Source of the DNA: an uncultured Gammaproteobacteria bacterium
GTDB taxonomy: Bacteria; Patescibacteriota; Microgenomatia; UBA8517
NCBI GenBank assembly: GCA_964635715.1
Contig: CAZWNZ010000001.1
Location: 408,616 to 472,615 of the forward strand
Length of the DNA stretch: 64,000 nucleotides
Direction of reading: 5' to 3'
Position 1 is the stretch's first letter, and every line of letters starts with the position of its first letter. The position numbers were made by a program, and so were the translations under genes. Below, one piece after another: positions 1 through 9,228 of this stretch. The notes under the pieces were generated by a model. That model was not told the origin of the DNA. It did no database searches and was given only the letters and a program-made list of their open reading frames with translations.

Positions 1-1
1 G

Positions 2-268
2 TTGGGAAGAAAATGTCCCGACTGTACAGATGGTGAATTGGTTGTTCGTTTGGGTCGGTTTGGTAAGTTCATTTCCTGTTCAAGATTTCCTGATTGCAAA
101 CACACCGAAAAATACTTAGAAAAAGTTGGGGTAAAATGTCCGGACTGTAAGGAGGGCGATGTAATAGTTAAAAAAACAAGTAAAGGCAGAAAATTCTTCG
201 GCTGTTCCCGTTATCCTGAATGTAAGTATGCGAGTTGGCGTTCTCCAAAGAAGGAAGAAAAGATTTAA
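2..268 (+). CDS. topA: DNA topoisomerase I, C-terminal zinc-ribbon repeats (partial; 5' end lies outside the window)
   Basis: Repeated CPDC...C..FPDCK zinc-ribbon modules (CPDCTDGELVVR...GKFISCSRFPDC, CPDCKEGDVIVKK...FFGCSRYPEC) are typical of the TopA C-terminus. The ORF runs open from the window edge. Confidence 0.6.
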   Translation: MGRKCPDCTDGELVVRLGRFGKFISCSRFPDCKHTEKYLEKVGVKCPDCKEGDVIVKKTSKGRKFFGCSRYPECKYASWRSPKKEEKI

Positions 269-807
269 CCCTTTTGATTTTTATACTTAACAACTTCCTG
301 GGAGAGATAATTTAGCTTTACTCCGGCTTTTCTAAACATCGCCTCACTTTCTGCTCCGTCGTGATATTTATTGGCGGCGACCACTCTTTTGATGCCGGAG
401 TTTATAAGAAGCATGGCGCAAGTCCTGCATGGGGTCATATTGACATAGACAGTGGCTCCGTCTAAAGATACGCCTCTTCTGGCGGCTTGACATATAGCAT
501 TCTGCTCGGCATGAACAGTACGAACACAGTGTTCTGTAATTGTTCCGTCCTCGTGAATTACTTTTCTCAACTGATGTCCCACCTCATCACAATGAGGAAG
601 ACCAACCGGTGAACCAACATACCCGGTGACTAAAATCTGTTTATCTTTTACAAACACCGATGATGCACGGCCCCTGTCACAAGTAGCTCTTTTGGCAACA
701 GATTTCATTATCTCCATGAAATACTCGTCCCAACTCGGACGAATGTATTTCTCAACTTTTTTAATCGATTTTTTGGATAATTTTTTCGACTTGTTCATGT
801 AAATCAT
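265..807 (-). CDS. dCMP deaminase (cytidine/deoxycytidylate deaminase family)
   Basis: Zinc-binding deaminase motifs are present: HAEQNAI and PCRTCAMLLINSGIKRVV. The length is ~175 aa. Confidence 0.8.
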   Translation of the reverse strand: MIYMNKSKKLSKKSIKKVEKYIRPSWDEYFMEIMKSVAKRATCDRGRASSVFVKDKQILVTGYVGSPVGLPHCDEVGHQLRKVIHEDGTITEHCVRTVHAEQNAICQAARRGVSLDGATVYVNMTPCRTCAMLLINSGIKRVVAANKYHDGAESEAMFRKAGVKLNYLSQEVVKYKNQKG

Positions 808-1354
808 TTATTGAACCATTGTTATCAAATTTATAATCTGACAGCAATATGCACTTCGGCAAATTTTGTGCATTAGGGTCTAAATTTTGAGATTCTTTCT
901 CCTCTTGGATTTTAAACTCCTCAAAAGTTACGAAATCTTTTTCGGATGCACGCGACTTAGCTCTCTCATATCTCAATTCTATATTTGCGTCTACTGCGAA
1001 TATTACACCGCCGTTTTTCTTAATAAACTCGACTTCTTTGGGGTTTCTAATGCTTTCAATAACGGCATTCTTATTTTCCCTTTTTGCTTCTTTGAATAAA
1101 ATTTTTGTTATGTAATCAGGCCCGTATTCTGTCCTGATTTTATTGGCAATTTCACGCATACCGTTTCTATCAACTTTTATATTTTGTTTTATCAATTCCT
1201 TTGTAAGATAATCGGAGACGGAATAATGCTTAAACCTTTTTTTGGAGACCAAATAATTAACAATAGTTCCCTTACCTGAACCGAATGTTCCTGTGATGCC
1301 AATTATTAGCATTGGATTATTAATATAATATGGTAAGATATTTTGCAATGGCAT
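761..1354 (-). CDS. P-loop (deoxy)nucleoside monophosphate kinase-like protein
   Basis: A Walker A motif is present: IIGITGTFGSGKGT. It overlaps the dCMP deaminase gene by 47 nt and sits in a dNTP-metabolism neighbourhood. The true start is probably the internal Met, MLIIGITG. Confidence 0.5.
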   Translation of the reverse strand: MPLQNILPYYINNPMLIIGITGTFGSGKGTIVNYLVSKKRFKHYSVSDYLTKELIKQNIKVDRNGMREIANKIRTEYGPDYITKILFKEAKRENKNAVIESIRNPKEVEFIKKNGGVIFAVDANIELRYERAKSRASEKDFVTFEEFKIQEEKESQNLDPNAQNLPKCILLSDYKFDNNGSINDLHEQVEKIIQKID

Positions 1355-1686
1355 TTAACGATTTTGATAAATATCAGGATGAGTGCGGTAAGACAGCCGT
1401 GTATCCAAAAGTAGGTGAGAAATTTGTTTATCCACTTCTCGGTCTTCAGGGAGAAACGGGTGAAGTGTCCGAAAAAATTAAAAAAGTATTTCGTGATGAA
1501 GGCGGAAAATTAACAGAAGAAAAGAGAGCAGAAATCAAAAAAGAATTGGGAGATGTATTGTGGTATCTGGCTCAGCTCTCGACGGAGCTTGGAATAAGTT
1601 TCTCCGAAGTCGCAAAAGGAAATTTGGAAAAACTTTCCTCAAGAAAAGTACGCGGCAAGCTTCACGGAAACGGGGACAATCGGTAG
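1330..1686 (+). CDS. MazG-like nucleoside triphosphate pyrophosphohydrolase
   Basis: The MazG motif ELGDVLWYLAQLSTELGISFSEV is present. It is a small all-alpha protein. Confidence 0.7.
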   Translation: MVRYFAMAFNDFDKYQDECGKTAVYPKVGEKFVYPLLGLQGETGEVSEKIKKVFRDEGGKLTEEKRAEIKKELGDVLWYLAQLSTELGISFSEVAKGNLEKLSSRKVRGKLHGNGDNR

Positions 1687-1767
1687 GTCTGAGACGCTAA
1701 TTATAGAGCGTTTTTAATATTTTTTTGCGTATTGACCTAAGGTTTTTAAGTTGGTAAAAAGTTAAAG

Positions 1768-3486
1768 ATGTTTGACAAGCTCAATTTACCAAAACGATTT
1801 GCCTTCCCTTATAAGCCGGAAAATTTTTCCAGCAAAGAACGAAAAATTCTTCTAAACTTTTTTACAAATATAGACAAACCGGTTTTTGCAATCTATAACC
1901 TACCGCAAGAAGTTGTTGGAGCAATGTTTTCAAGATACTCAAGATCAGAAAAAAGCGTAAGACGTCTTTTTTTGGATGAGTTTTGGGATGCTTCTTTTAG
2001 TCAATATAAAGTTAGTCAGGACAAACTTAATAAGGCAAGGGAAAGAACAGACTCTTTCTATAAAAAAGTTTTCGCCGAGTTTGGCGACGATTCTGTCATT
2101 CAAATGGGGAGTATACATGTTGCATTTGAATTTGTATCGCAGATTGCAAGCAAAGCAATAGAAGATCAAAGAATCGGGGCGTCTTATATAGAGAAATCAA
2201 CTCGCTATGTTGATTTTGGCGGAAAGGTTGGGGGCCACTATCTTTATGTAGATATTCCGGAGATCTCCAAATCGAAATATTTTGAAGAATATAAATCCTG
2301 GAATAATTTTGCATTTGATGCCTATAACAAACACCTGGAAACTGCAGCGAAATTCTTGGAGAAAAAATATCCAATTGCCGATTTTGCCAACATTTCACAA
2401 TCTACCAAAAAGGAAGAAATCGAAATAATAAATAAAGCTTATAAAAGGGCCCTAAAAGCAAAAGCTTTTGATACTGTACGCATTTTTCTTCCCACGACTG
2501 TTGTTACAAACTTAGGTGGTCATTTTTCCGGACAGTCCGCTGAAAACATGATTAACAAAATGCTTATTTCACAGCACGCCGAAGTCCGGCTATTGGGGAA
2601 AATGGCCTATGAAGAATTAACAAAAGTCTCCCCAAATTTTTTGCAGAATATCGATTCAAAATACGGAGAGATTGCAAGAAATTACAGAAATGAAATCAAA
2701 GATCGTTCAAATAAAAATGCAAACAAATATTTAAAAAAGATTAAAAAAGAAGATGACCAAAAAGATGTTCGGGTAATAGATTTTGACCGCGACATGGATA
2801 TTAAAATTGCTTCTCAAATTCTTTATGCTGCTCAAACAAAAACATACTTGTCAAAAAAACAAGTTCTGGATTGGTGTAAGAGAAATCGGAAAGCACTTAC
2901 TGAAATAATTTTTTCATCAATTCCTGATAGGGGTAAGCCCGAAATAAATCGTCGCCACAAACTTCCAAGAGCATTTGAGCAGTCGGAAGTTGAAGTAGAG
3001 TTTTTTAAAGATTTTGGAATTTATCGGGATTTGCAAAGAAACCGTCTGTCTTCAACTGAGAGGTTGTTTTTAAACTCTGAGTTTTTAGAAATTCCGGAAG
3101 AATTTAAAGAATCGGGAATGGAGGAAGTTTTATCCGACTATATTAAACTTCATAGGATGACCAACGCATTAAACAAAAAATTAACAAAAGATAAAGATGC
3201 CGAAATCAGAAACGCGGCTGAGTATGTGACAATTTTGGGCAATAAACTGAGATTTAATATTAGAGCTAATATCAGGCAAATGGTTTTCTTTTCAGAACTT
3301 CGAACCATCGCCGGTGGGCATCCTTCTTACCGTAATGCAATGCAAAAGGCAGTTAACGAGTTAGTCAAAAAAGTTCCTAATTTGAAACCTTTATTCGCAA
3401 AAGTTGATTGGTGCAAGGATTATGGTTTAGGGAGAATGAAATCTGAGGTTAGAACACAGGAGGCTCTGGTGAAAATTAATAAATAA
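1768..3486 (+). CDS. thyX: Long (572 aa) flavin-dependent thymidylate synthase ThyX-like protein
   Basis: The second half carries RRHK-LPRAFEQ-S, matching the ThyX RHR-X7-S signature. It also has a ThyX-like C-terminal block: FFSELRTIAGGHPSYRNAMQKAV. It is flanked by dCMP deaminase, tmk, glyA and folD. The N-terminal half is divergent. Confidence 0.45.
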   Translation: MFDKLNLPKRFAFPYKPENFSSKERKILLNFFTNIDKPVFAIYNLPQEVVGAMFSRYSRSEKSVRRLFLDEFWDASFSQYKVSQDKLNKARERTDSFYKKVFAEFGDDSVIQMGSIHVAFEFVSQIASKAIEDQRIGASYIEKSTRYVDFGGKVGGHYLYVDIPEISKSKYFEEYKSWNNFAFDAYNKHLETAAKFLEKKYPIADFANISQSTKKEEIEIINKAYKRALKAKAFDTVRIFLPTTVVTNLGGHFSGQSAENMINKMLISQHAEVRLLGKMAYEELTKVSPNFLQNIDSKYGEIARNYRNEIKDRSNKNANKYLKKIKKEDDQKDVRVIDFDRDMDIKIASQILYAAQTKTYLSKKQVLDWCKRNRKALTEIIFSSIPDRGKPEINRRHKLPRAFEQSEVEVEFFKDFGIYRDLQRNRLSSTERLFLNSEFLEIPEEFKESGMEEVLSDYIKLHRMTNALNKKLTKDKDAEIRNAAEYVTILGNKLRFNIRANIRQMVFFSELRTIAGGHPSYRNAMQKAVNELVKKVPNLKPLFAKVDWCKDYGLGRMKSEVRTQEALVKINK

Positions 3487-3487
3487 A

Positions 3488-3727
3488 ATGCCGGAAAGAA
3501 AACCTATTGTTCGAAAAGTTGATCGAGTTGTGGAAATTGAATCATTTCAAAAGATAATTCACGGAATTGACGGAAATTTAACAAAAGCTGATTGTCCGAC
3601 ACACGGAAAGGAAGTGTATTTTGAGAGGGTTGGGGGAGATTTATTTCAATGTGCTAACTCGAGTCATTATAAAAAAAGACCAGGGGCAGTAAATCAGGAA
3701 AACAGTTTTTATAAACAAAATGGATAA
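3488..3727 (+). CDS. Small hypothetical protein with Cys/His cluster
   Basis: A 79-aa ORF fills the thyX-tmk gap and overlaps the tmk start by 8 nt. It contains CPTHGKEVYFERVGGDLFQCANSSH. Confidence 0.3.
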   Translation: MPERKPIVRKVDRVVEIESFQKIIHGIDGNLTKADCPTHGKEVYFERVGGDLFQCANSSHYKKRPGAVNQENSFYKQNG

Positions 3728-4355
3728 AAAGACAAACAAACGAATTAAGCAGGGAAAATTAATTGTGATTGAAGGAGGAGTTGGCTGTGGAAAGACAACT
3801 CAAACGGCCCTTTTAATAAAAGATCTCAAAGGGTGGGAACTCTATCATGAGCCGGGTAGTACTCCGTATGGCGAGAAGGTAAGGGATGCAGTTCAGGGAC
3901 TTCATGGTTATGGTGTTGAAGAACATGCGGCAATGTTTGGGTATGCTGCCTCCCGGGCTAATTTAATCCGCGGTCTAGTAATTCCGAAACTCAATAAAGG
4001 AGTAAACATAATATTGGATAGGTATTGGTACACAACATATGCATATCAAGGATCTAATGGAGTTGCTGATGAAATAATAATATCTGTTAATAAAATAGCC
4101 ACTGCTGGCCTAAAACCTGATTTAATTTTGTTTTATGATTTAAATCCAAAGATTGGTATGCAAAGAAAATCTGGAAGAGAAGACACGGATAGGTATGATG
4201 TCAAGAAATTGGAGTTTCATAAAAAAGTCAGAAGACGTTATCATAAATTGGGAAAAAAGATAGGAAAAAACTGGAAAGTAGTAGATGCCTCAAAAACAAT
4301 AGAAGAAGTGCACAGTGAAACATTAAAGATTTTGAAAAAGAGTAAAATAATTTAA
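3720..4355 (+). CDS. tmk: Thymidylate kinase
   Basis: The P-loop LIVIEGGVGCGKTTQ is present, followed by the DRY motif (ILDRYWYTTYAYQG). Its stop overlaps the glyA start. Confidence 0.85.
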   Translation: MDKKTNKRIKQGKLIVIEGGVGCGKTTQTALLIKDLKGWELYHEPGSTPYGEKVRDAVQGLHGYGVEEHAAMFGYAASRANLIRGLVIPKLNKGVNIILDRYWYTTYAYQGSNGVADEIIISVNKIATAGLKPDLILFYDLNPKIGMQRKSGREDTDRYDVKKLEFHKKVRRRYHKLGKKIGKNWKVVDASKTIEEVHSETLKILKKSKII

Positions 4356-5656
4356 TGACAAAAATTCAGGAACTAGTTAAAAAAGAAGAAACTCGTCAGG
4401 AGGAAACTTTAATGATGATTCCTTCGGAAAATTATACTTCAAAAGAGGTGAGAGAGGCGGTTGGTTCCAAATTGATGAATAAATATTCGGAAGGGTATGC
4501 CGGACGCCGCTATTATCAGGGGAATAAAGTTGTTGATGAAATCGAACTTTTTGCAATTGAAAAGGCAAAAGAATTGTTTGGAGTCGAACATGTAAACGTC
4601 CAGCCGTATAGTGGTTCTCCTGCAAACGCAGAAGTTTTGTTTAGCTTACTTGAGCCGGGTGACAAAATAATGGGTTTAAAACTTTCTTCGGGCGGACATT
4701 TAACTCACGGACATCCGGATATTACTTTCTCCGGAAAATTTTTTAAATCGGTTCAATTCGGGACAAAAGATGATGGAATTATTGATTATGATGAAGTAGA
4801 GAAGTTGGCGGAAAGAGAAAAGCCGAAGCTCATGATTATTGGCACTACAGCATACCCCCAAATTCTTAATTGGGAGCGTTTGGGAAAAATTGCTGATGAA
4901 ATCGGAGCGTACTTGGTGGCAGACATTTCCCATGTTTCAGGACTGATTCTCGCCGGGGTTTATCCTTCTCCGGTACCTTTTGTTCATGTTGTGACTACCA
5001 CAACACACAAGACGTTAAGAGGACCGAGAGGTGCAATGATAATGGTTACTAAAAAGGGAGTAGAAAAAGATTCTGAGCTTCCGGTTAAAATTGATAGAGC
5101 AGTTTTTCCAGGACTTCAAGGCGGACCGCACAACAACACAACGGCAGGAATTGGCCAGGCCTTAATTGAGGCGGATTCACCGGAGTTTGTGGAATATGGA
5201 AAGCAAATTGTGGCAAATGCAAAAACTCTGGCAAAAGAATTAAAAAGCGGTGGTTTAACTTTAGTTGCTGGGGGAACGGAGTGCCACCTAATGGTTATTG
5301 ATTTAAGACCGATGGGTTTATCCGGCAATATTGTTGCTGAGGCCTTGGAAGTAGCCGGAATCGTCGTTAACAGGAATTCAGTTCCCAATGACCCTGCGCC
5401 TCCTTTTTATCCTTCAGGAATCCGGCTTGGAACTCCCGGGGTCACAACCCGCGGAATGGGAGAACCTGAAATGAAGATTATTGCTGATTGTATTCTTAAG
5501 GTTATCGAACACGTCAAAAACGAAAAACTTCCGGAAGATAAAGAAGATAGGCGTGAATTTTTAAAAGCGTTTAGAAAAAAAATAGAGAGAGATGAATTTT
5601 TGAAAAATATCGCCCTAGAAGTGAAATATCTTTGCACCAATTTTCCAACTCCATAA
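4355..5656 (+). CDS. glyA: Serine hydroxymethyltransferase
   Basis: Classic SHMT motifs are present: SGGHLTHGHPD and VVTTTTHKTLRGPRGAMI. Confidence 0.95.
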   Translation: MTKIQELVKKEETRQEETLMMIPSENYTSKEVREAVGSKLMNKYSEGYAGRRYYQGNKVVDEIELFAIEKAKELFGVEHVNVQPYSGSPANAEVLFSLLEPGDKIMGLKLSSGGHLTHGHPDITFSGKFFKSVQFGTKDDGIIDYDEVEKLAEREKPKLMIIGTTAYPQILNWERLGKIADEIGAYLVADISHVSGLILAGVYPSPVPFVHVVTTTTHKTLRGPRGAMIMVTKKGVEKDSELPVKIDRAVFPGLQGGPHNNTTAGIGQALIEADSPEFVEYGKQIVANAKTLAKELKSGGLTLVAGGTECHLMVIDLRPMGLSGNIVAEALEVAGIVVNRNSVPNDPAPPFYPSGIRLGTPGVTTRGMGEPEMKIIADCILKVIEHVKNEKLPEDKEDRREFLKAFRKKIERDEFLKNIALEVKYLCTNFPTP

Positions 5657-5733
5657 GCCAGACTTATTTACAAAAACCTCGCACGTGCGGGTAATTTGTA
5701 AATGTTTTGTAAAGGCATCAGGCTGGTTGTAAT

Positions 5734-6417
5734 TTATTTCTGGAGTTCCTGCCATTTCCTACTGACAATAAACTGATTACGGCGATCTTGAGGGGTCAAT
5801 GATTCTATAAAATTGGAAAAACTTTGTGCTTTTTCATACCTTGAGTTGAATTCTTTTTGAATTTGGACGATGCCGTTGGGCAGTGACTCGGAGTTGGTGT
5901 TGTCAATGTCAACGAGAAACTTTCGTGCATCATTAGGATGAGTTGATAGCTTTAATCTGATGACTTTGTAATTTTCAGGAGGGATTCTATCCGCTATCCA
6001 TTCATCACCGTCAAATCCGTTGTTGTATACACCCTGAAGCTCCGGCCTTATCTTAGGTTTTCTAATATCCAGTCCTTTTGTGTCAATTTCCAAAATTACT
6101 CCACAAACGGGAACTTCAACGAGATCTGTTATTACGCCTCTATCGTTAAATTTTTCAGTTTTTATAGATAATCCAGGAATATTAGTTGATGCATATGCAG
6201 TTTCAGACATAATTCTGTTTGTAGACATATATACACCAAGTTCATTTCCATCACCAATTTTAGTTGGATCGTCTTTGTTTACTCTACCTGGCATCAAAGG
6301 TTTATTGAAAAAATCAGGAGACAATTTACGGGGGTCAACACTAAAAGCACGATATAATACTTTGGGCCTTGTTTCAGTTTCCGAAATTTGTTTTCCAGCT
6401 TCAGGATTAACGTCCAT
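5734..6417 (-). CDS. Hypothetical protein (227 aa)
   Basis: A long ORF antisense-oriented between glyA and folD. No recognisable family. Its R...STN...E residue order is noted in findings. Confidence 0.5.
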   Translation of the reverse strand: MDVNPEAGKQISETETRPKVLYRAFSVDPRKLSPDFFNKPLMPGRVNKDDPTKIGDGNELGVYMSTNRIMSETAYASTNIPGLSIKTEKFNDRGVITDLVEVPVCGVILEIDTKGLDIRKPKIRPELQGVYNNGFDGDEWIADRIPPENYKVIRLKLSTHPNDARKFLVDIDNTNSESLPNGIVQIQKEFNSRYEKAQSFSNFIESLTPQDRRNQFIVSRKWQELQK

Positions 6418-6473
6418 TACAGAATATTATCAAATCTATCTAATTTATTCCAGGGTTGTGTTAAAATAGCCTC

Positions 6474-7274
6474 ATGAAGACAATCATTTTTGACGGCCGA
6501 GCCTTTGCCGAAGAAAAAAAAGAGGAAGTGAAGATTGTGGTCGCGGGTTTGAGATCTCGTGGAGTCGTGCCGCATCTTGCATCAATTTTGATAGGACACG
6601 ATCCGGCAAGCACTCTCTATGTTGGTTTAAAGAAAAGGGCGGCGGAGGGCATTGGAGCAGAACTCGATCCTTATTATCTTCCTGAAAGCACAAAGCTTGC
6701 TGATGTTTTATTGCTGATAGACTCACTTAATTTTGATGAAACTGTTCATGGCATTATGGTCCAACTTCCAATCCCAGGGGAACTAGGAAAACATAAGGAT
6801 GAGATATTAGGCGCCATAGATCCTCAAAAAGATGTTGACGGATTAAAAAATGATAGTAAATATTTACACCCAACCAGTAAGGCGGCTGCCGATATCTTAC
6901 ATTCAGCAGAAAAAGAACTAAAATTGGAAAAGAAGGGGAAGATTGCAATTGTTGGAGCAACAGGTATGGTTGGTGCGCCGCTTGTTAAAGAACTTAAAGT
7001 TGAAGGTTACAATGTTGTGACAGCGGATGGAAAGACATCTGATCTATCGGCAATCATAAAAGACGTCGATATTGTAATAAGTGCTACCGGAGTGCCGGAT
7101 TTGATAAAGCCGGAAATGGTGAAAGAGGGAATTATCGCGATTGACGTTGGCTCTCCAAAAGGAGATTTTGATCCTGAAGTTGAAGAAAAAACGGCATTTT
7201 TTACACCAGTGCCGGGAGGGGTGGGACCTGTTACAATTTCCTGCCTACTTGAAAACCTGATTGATGCCTGTTAG
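6474..7274 (+). CDS. folD: Bifunctional methylenetetrahydrofolate dehydrogenase/cyclohydrolase
   Basis: FolD N-terminal motifs are present (ILIGHDPASTLYVGLKKRA) with a Rossmann-like GATGMVG. The start ATG sits 6 nt after the TGTTAAAAT extended -10. Confidence 0.9.
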   Translation: MKTIIFDGRAFAEEKKEEVKIVVAGLRSRGVVPHLASILIGHDPASTLYVGLKKRAAEGIGAELDPYYLPESTKLADVLLLIDSLNFDETVHGIMVQLPIPGELGKHKDEILGAIDPQKDVDGLKNDSKYLHPTSKAAADILHSAEKELKLEKKGKIAIVGATGMVGAPLVKELKVEGYNVVTADGKTSDLSAIIKDVDIVISATGVPDLIKPEMVKEGIIAIDVGSPKGDFDPEVEEKTAFFTPVPGGVGPVTISCLLENLIDAC

Positions 7275-7355
7275 AATACAGTTTACACACGCAGGTTATG
7301 TTTCCTGGAATAACTTCCAACTTGCGGCGGACTAAGGAAACAGCAAACAAATCAA

Positions 7356-8033
7356 ATGTCTAAAGTTACAGTTTCACTTGAAGAATTGGTGGATGCCGGA
7401 GCGCACTTCGGACATCAAACTCGCCGATGGAATCCTAAAATGGAGGAGTATATTTATGGTGCTGAAGATGGGGTCCACGTTTTTGATTTAACAAAAACAA
7501 AACCTTTGATAGAAGAAGCTTTGGAGTTTTTGTCAAAATCAGTTAAGGAAGGTAAAAAGGTTTTGATTCTTGGTACGAAGAAACAGATTAAGGAAAAAGT
7601 TGCTGAAGTTGCCGAAAAGGCGGGTGTTTCTTATGTTAACGAAAGATGGCTTGGTGGAACAATTTCTAATTTCAGCCAGATAAAACGATCTATCAGTAAA
7701 ATGGAAGAAATGAAGGAAAACCTTGCAAGTGGGGCTTATTCAAAGTACACCAAGAAGGAAAGACTCTTAATCGATCGTGAGATTACCCGTTTGGAGAAGT
7801 TTTTCGGTGGTGTGAAATCCTTAACCTCTGCTCCCGATATTCTTTTTGTTATTGATGTAAAAAGAGAAGCATCAGCTGTTCGTGAAGCTCACGCCAAAAA
7901 AATTCCAGTTGTCGGTATTGTTGACTCAAACGCAGACCCAGACCTTGTTGATTACCCGATCCCAATGAACGATGATGCAGCTCGTGCTTTGGAATATATT
8001 TTAAGCTTAGTTGCAGAAACAATTTCAAATTGA
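7356..8033 (+). CDS. rpsB: 30S ribosomal protein S2
   Basis: LVDAGAHFGHQTRRWNPKM is the S2 signature. It is followed by tsf. Confidence 0.95.
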   Translation: MSKVTVSLEELVDAGAHFGHQTRRWNPKMEEYIYGAEDGVHVFDLTKTKPLIEEALEFLSKSVKEGKKVLILGTKKQIKEKVAEVAEKAGVSYVNERWLGGTISNFSQIKRSISKMEEMKENLASGAYSKYTKKERLLIDREITRLEKFFGGVKSLTSAPDILFVIDVKREASAVREAHAKKIPVVGIVDSNADPDLVDYPIPMNDDAARALEYILSLVAETISN

Positions 8034-8497
8034 TAAATAAAATGGCAAAAATCGATATTGAATTAATTAAAAAACTTCGTGAGGAAACTGGTGTAGCAAT
8101 TATCCGAATCCGTGAAGTTCTTGAGGAAGTAAAAGGAGACGAAAAGAAAGCTCTGGAAATTTTAAAGAAAGAAGGAATGGCTAAAGCAGAAAAACGAGAA
8201 GGGCGTTTAACGGGTGAGGGTAGAATTTTTGTCTATGCCCATCACACAGGTAAAGTTGTAGGAATTGTAGAACTTCTTTGTGAGACAGATTTTGTTGCCA
8301 GAACAGAACTTTTTGAAACCACCGGCCGTGATCTTGCTATGCAAGCGGCCAGTATGGGTACGGATGATTTTGAAAAACAGGATTTTGTAAAAGACTCCGG
8401 AAAGAAGATAATGGATCTTGTTAAAGAGCTTATTGCCAAGACTGGTGAAAATGTAAAGCTTGGCAGAGTTGAAAGAATAGAACTCGGGAATAAATAG
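8030..8497 (+). CDS. tsf: Elongation factor Ts (short form)
   Basis: The N-terminal UBA-like IKKLREETGVAIIRIREVLEE is present. It overlaps the rpsB stop. Confidence 0.85.
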   Translation: MINKMAKIDIELIKKLREETGVAIIRIREVLEEVKGDEKKALEILKKEGMAKAEKREGRLTGEGRIFVYAHHTGKVVGIVELLCETDFVARTELFETTGRDLAMQAASMGTDDFEKQDFVKDSGKKIMDLVKELIAKTGENVKLGRVERIELGNK

Positions 8498-8586
8498 TTT
8501 TCATTTATCAATTTTCAAAAAGTTTGATCATTGAATAATTGTGAATTTATTGTAAATTGGTAATTGTAAATTGGTAATTTAATTTT

Positions 8587-9141
8587 ATGGACGAAACTTC
8601 AACACGCTCCAAAATGCAGTCCGCTTTAGATGCTATTGTCTCAGATATCTCCGGAGTAAGAACCGGCAGGGCTACCTCGGCACTTGTGGAAAACATAGTA
8701 TGTCCTGCTTACGGAGGGACTCAAAGATTAAGAGTGATGGAACTTGCTTCAATAACCACTCCTGACCCGACACAAATCGTTATAAACCCTTGGGATAAGT
8801 CGATTATCGGAGATATTAAAAAAGGGATAGTTGGGGCTAACATTGGTCTCAACCCATCAATAGATGGAGAGGTTGTCAGAATTGTCATTCCTCCCATGAC
8901 AACTGAAGATAGGGAAAAATATGTAAAACTCCTTTCAGGAAAGCTTGAGAACGGAAAGGTGGCAATTCGTCAGATTAGAGGGGATACTATGCATGAAATT
9001 AAGGACAAATTTGAAGCTAAAGAGATAACGGAAGATGATAAATTCGGCTTTGAGAAAAAACTGCAGGAAATTACAGATGAATTTGTCGGCAAGATAGATG
9101 AAATGGGTGAGAAGAAAAAAACAGAACTTCTTCAGATCTGA
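8587..9141 (+). CDS. frr: Ribosome recycling factor
   Basis: The Frr N-terminus KMQSALDAIVSDISGVRTGRA is present. The length is 184 aa. Confidence 0.9.
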   Translation: MDETSTRSKMQSALDAIVSDISGVRTGRATSALVENIVCPAYGGTQRLRVMELASITTPDPTQIVINPWDKSIIGDIKKGIVGANIGLNPSIDGEVVRIVIPPMTTEDREKYVKLLSGKLENGKVAIRQIRGDTMHEIKDKFEAKEITEDDKFGFEKKLQEITDEFVGKIDEMGEKKKTELLQI

Positions 9142-9228
9142 TAACAAGAATAATGAATTAAGTATTTGATGTTAAGTATGTAACTGCTCCTTGTTCTCCC
9201 ATAATACATAATTCATAATACTTTATAC

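Noticed and set aside
4377-5640. Multiple antisense ORFs inside glyA, dnaX, cysS, kefB and others (for example 4377-4625, 13312-14070, 16535-17384, 49159-49573)
   Set aside because: They are embedded opposite strongly supported conserved genes and are low-complexity. They are typical shadow ORFs.
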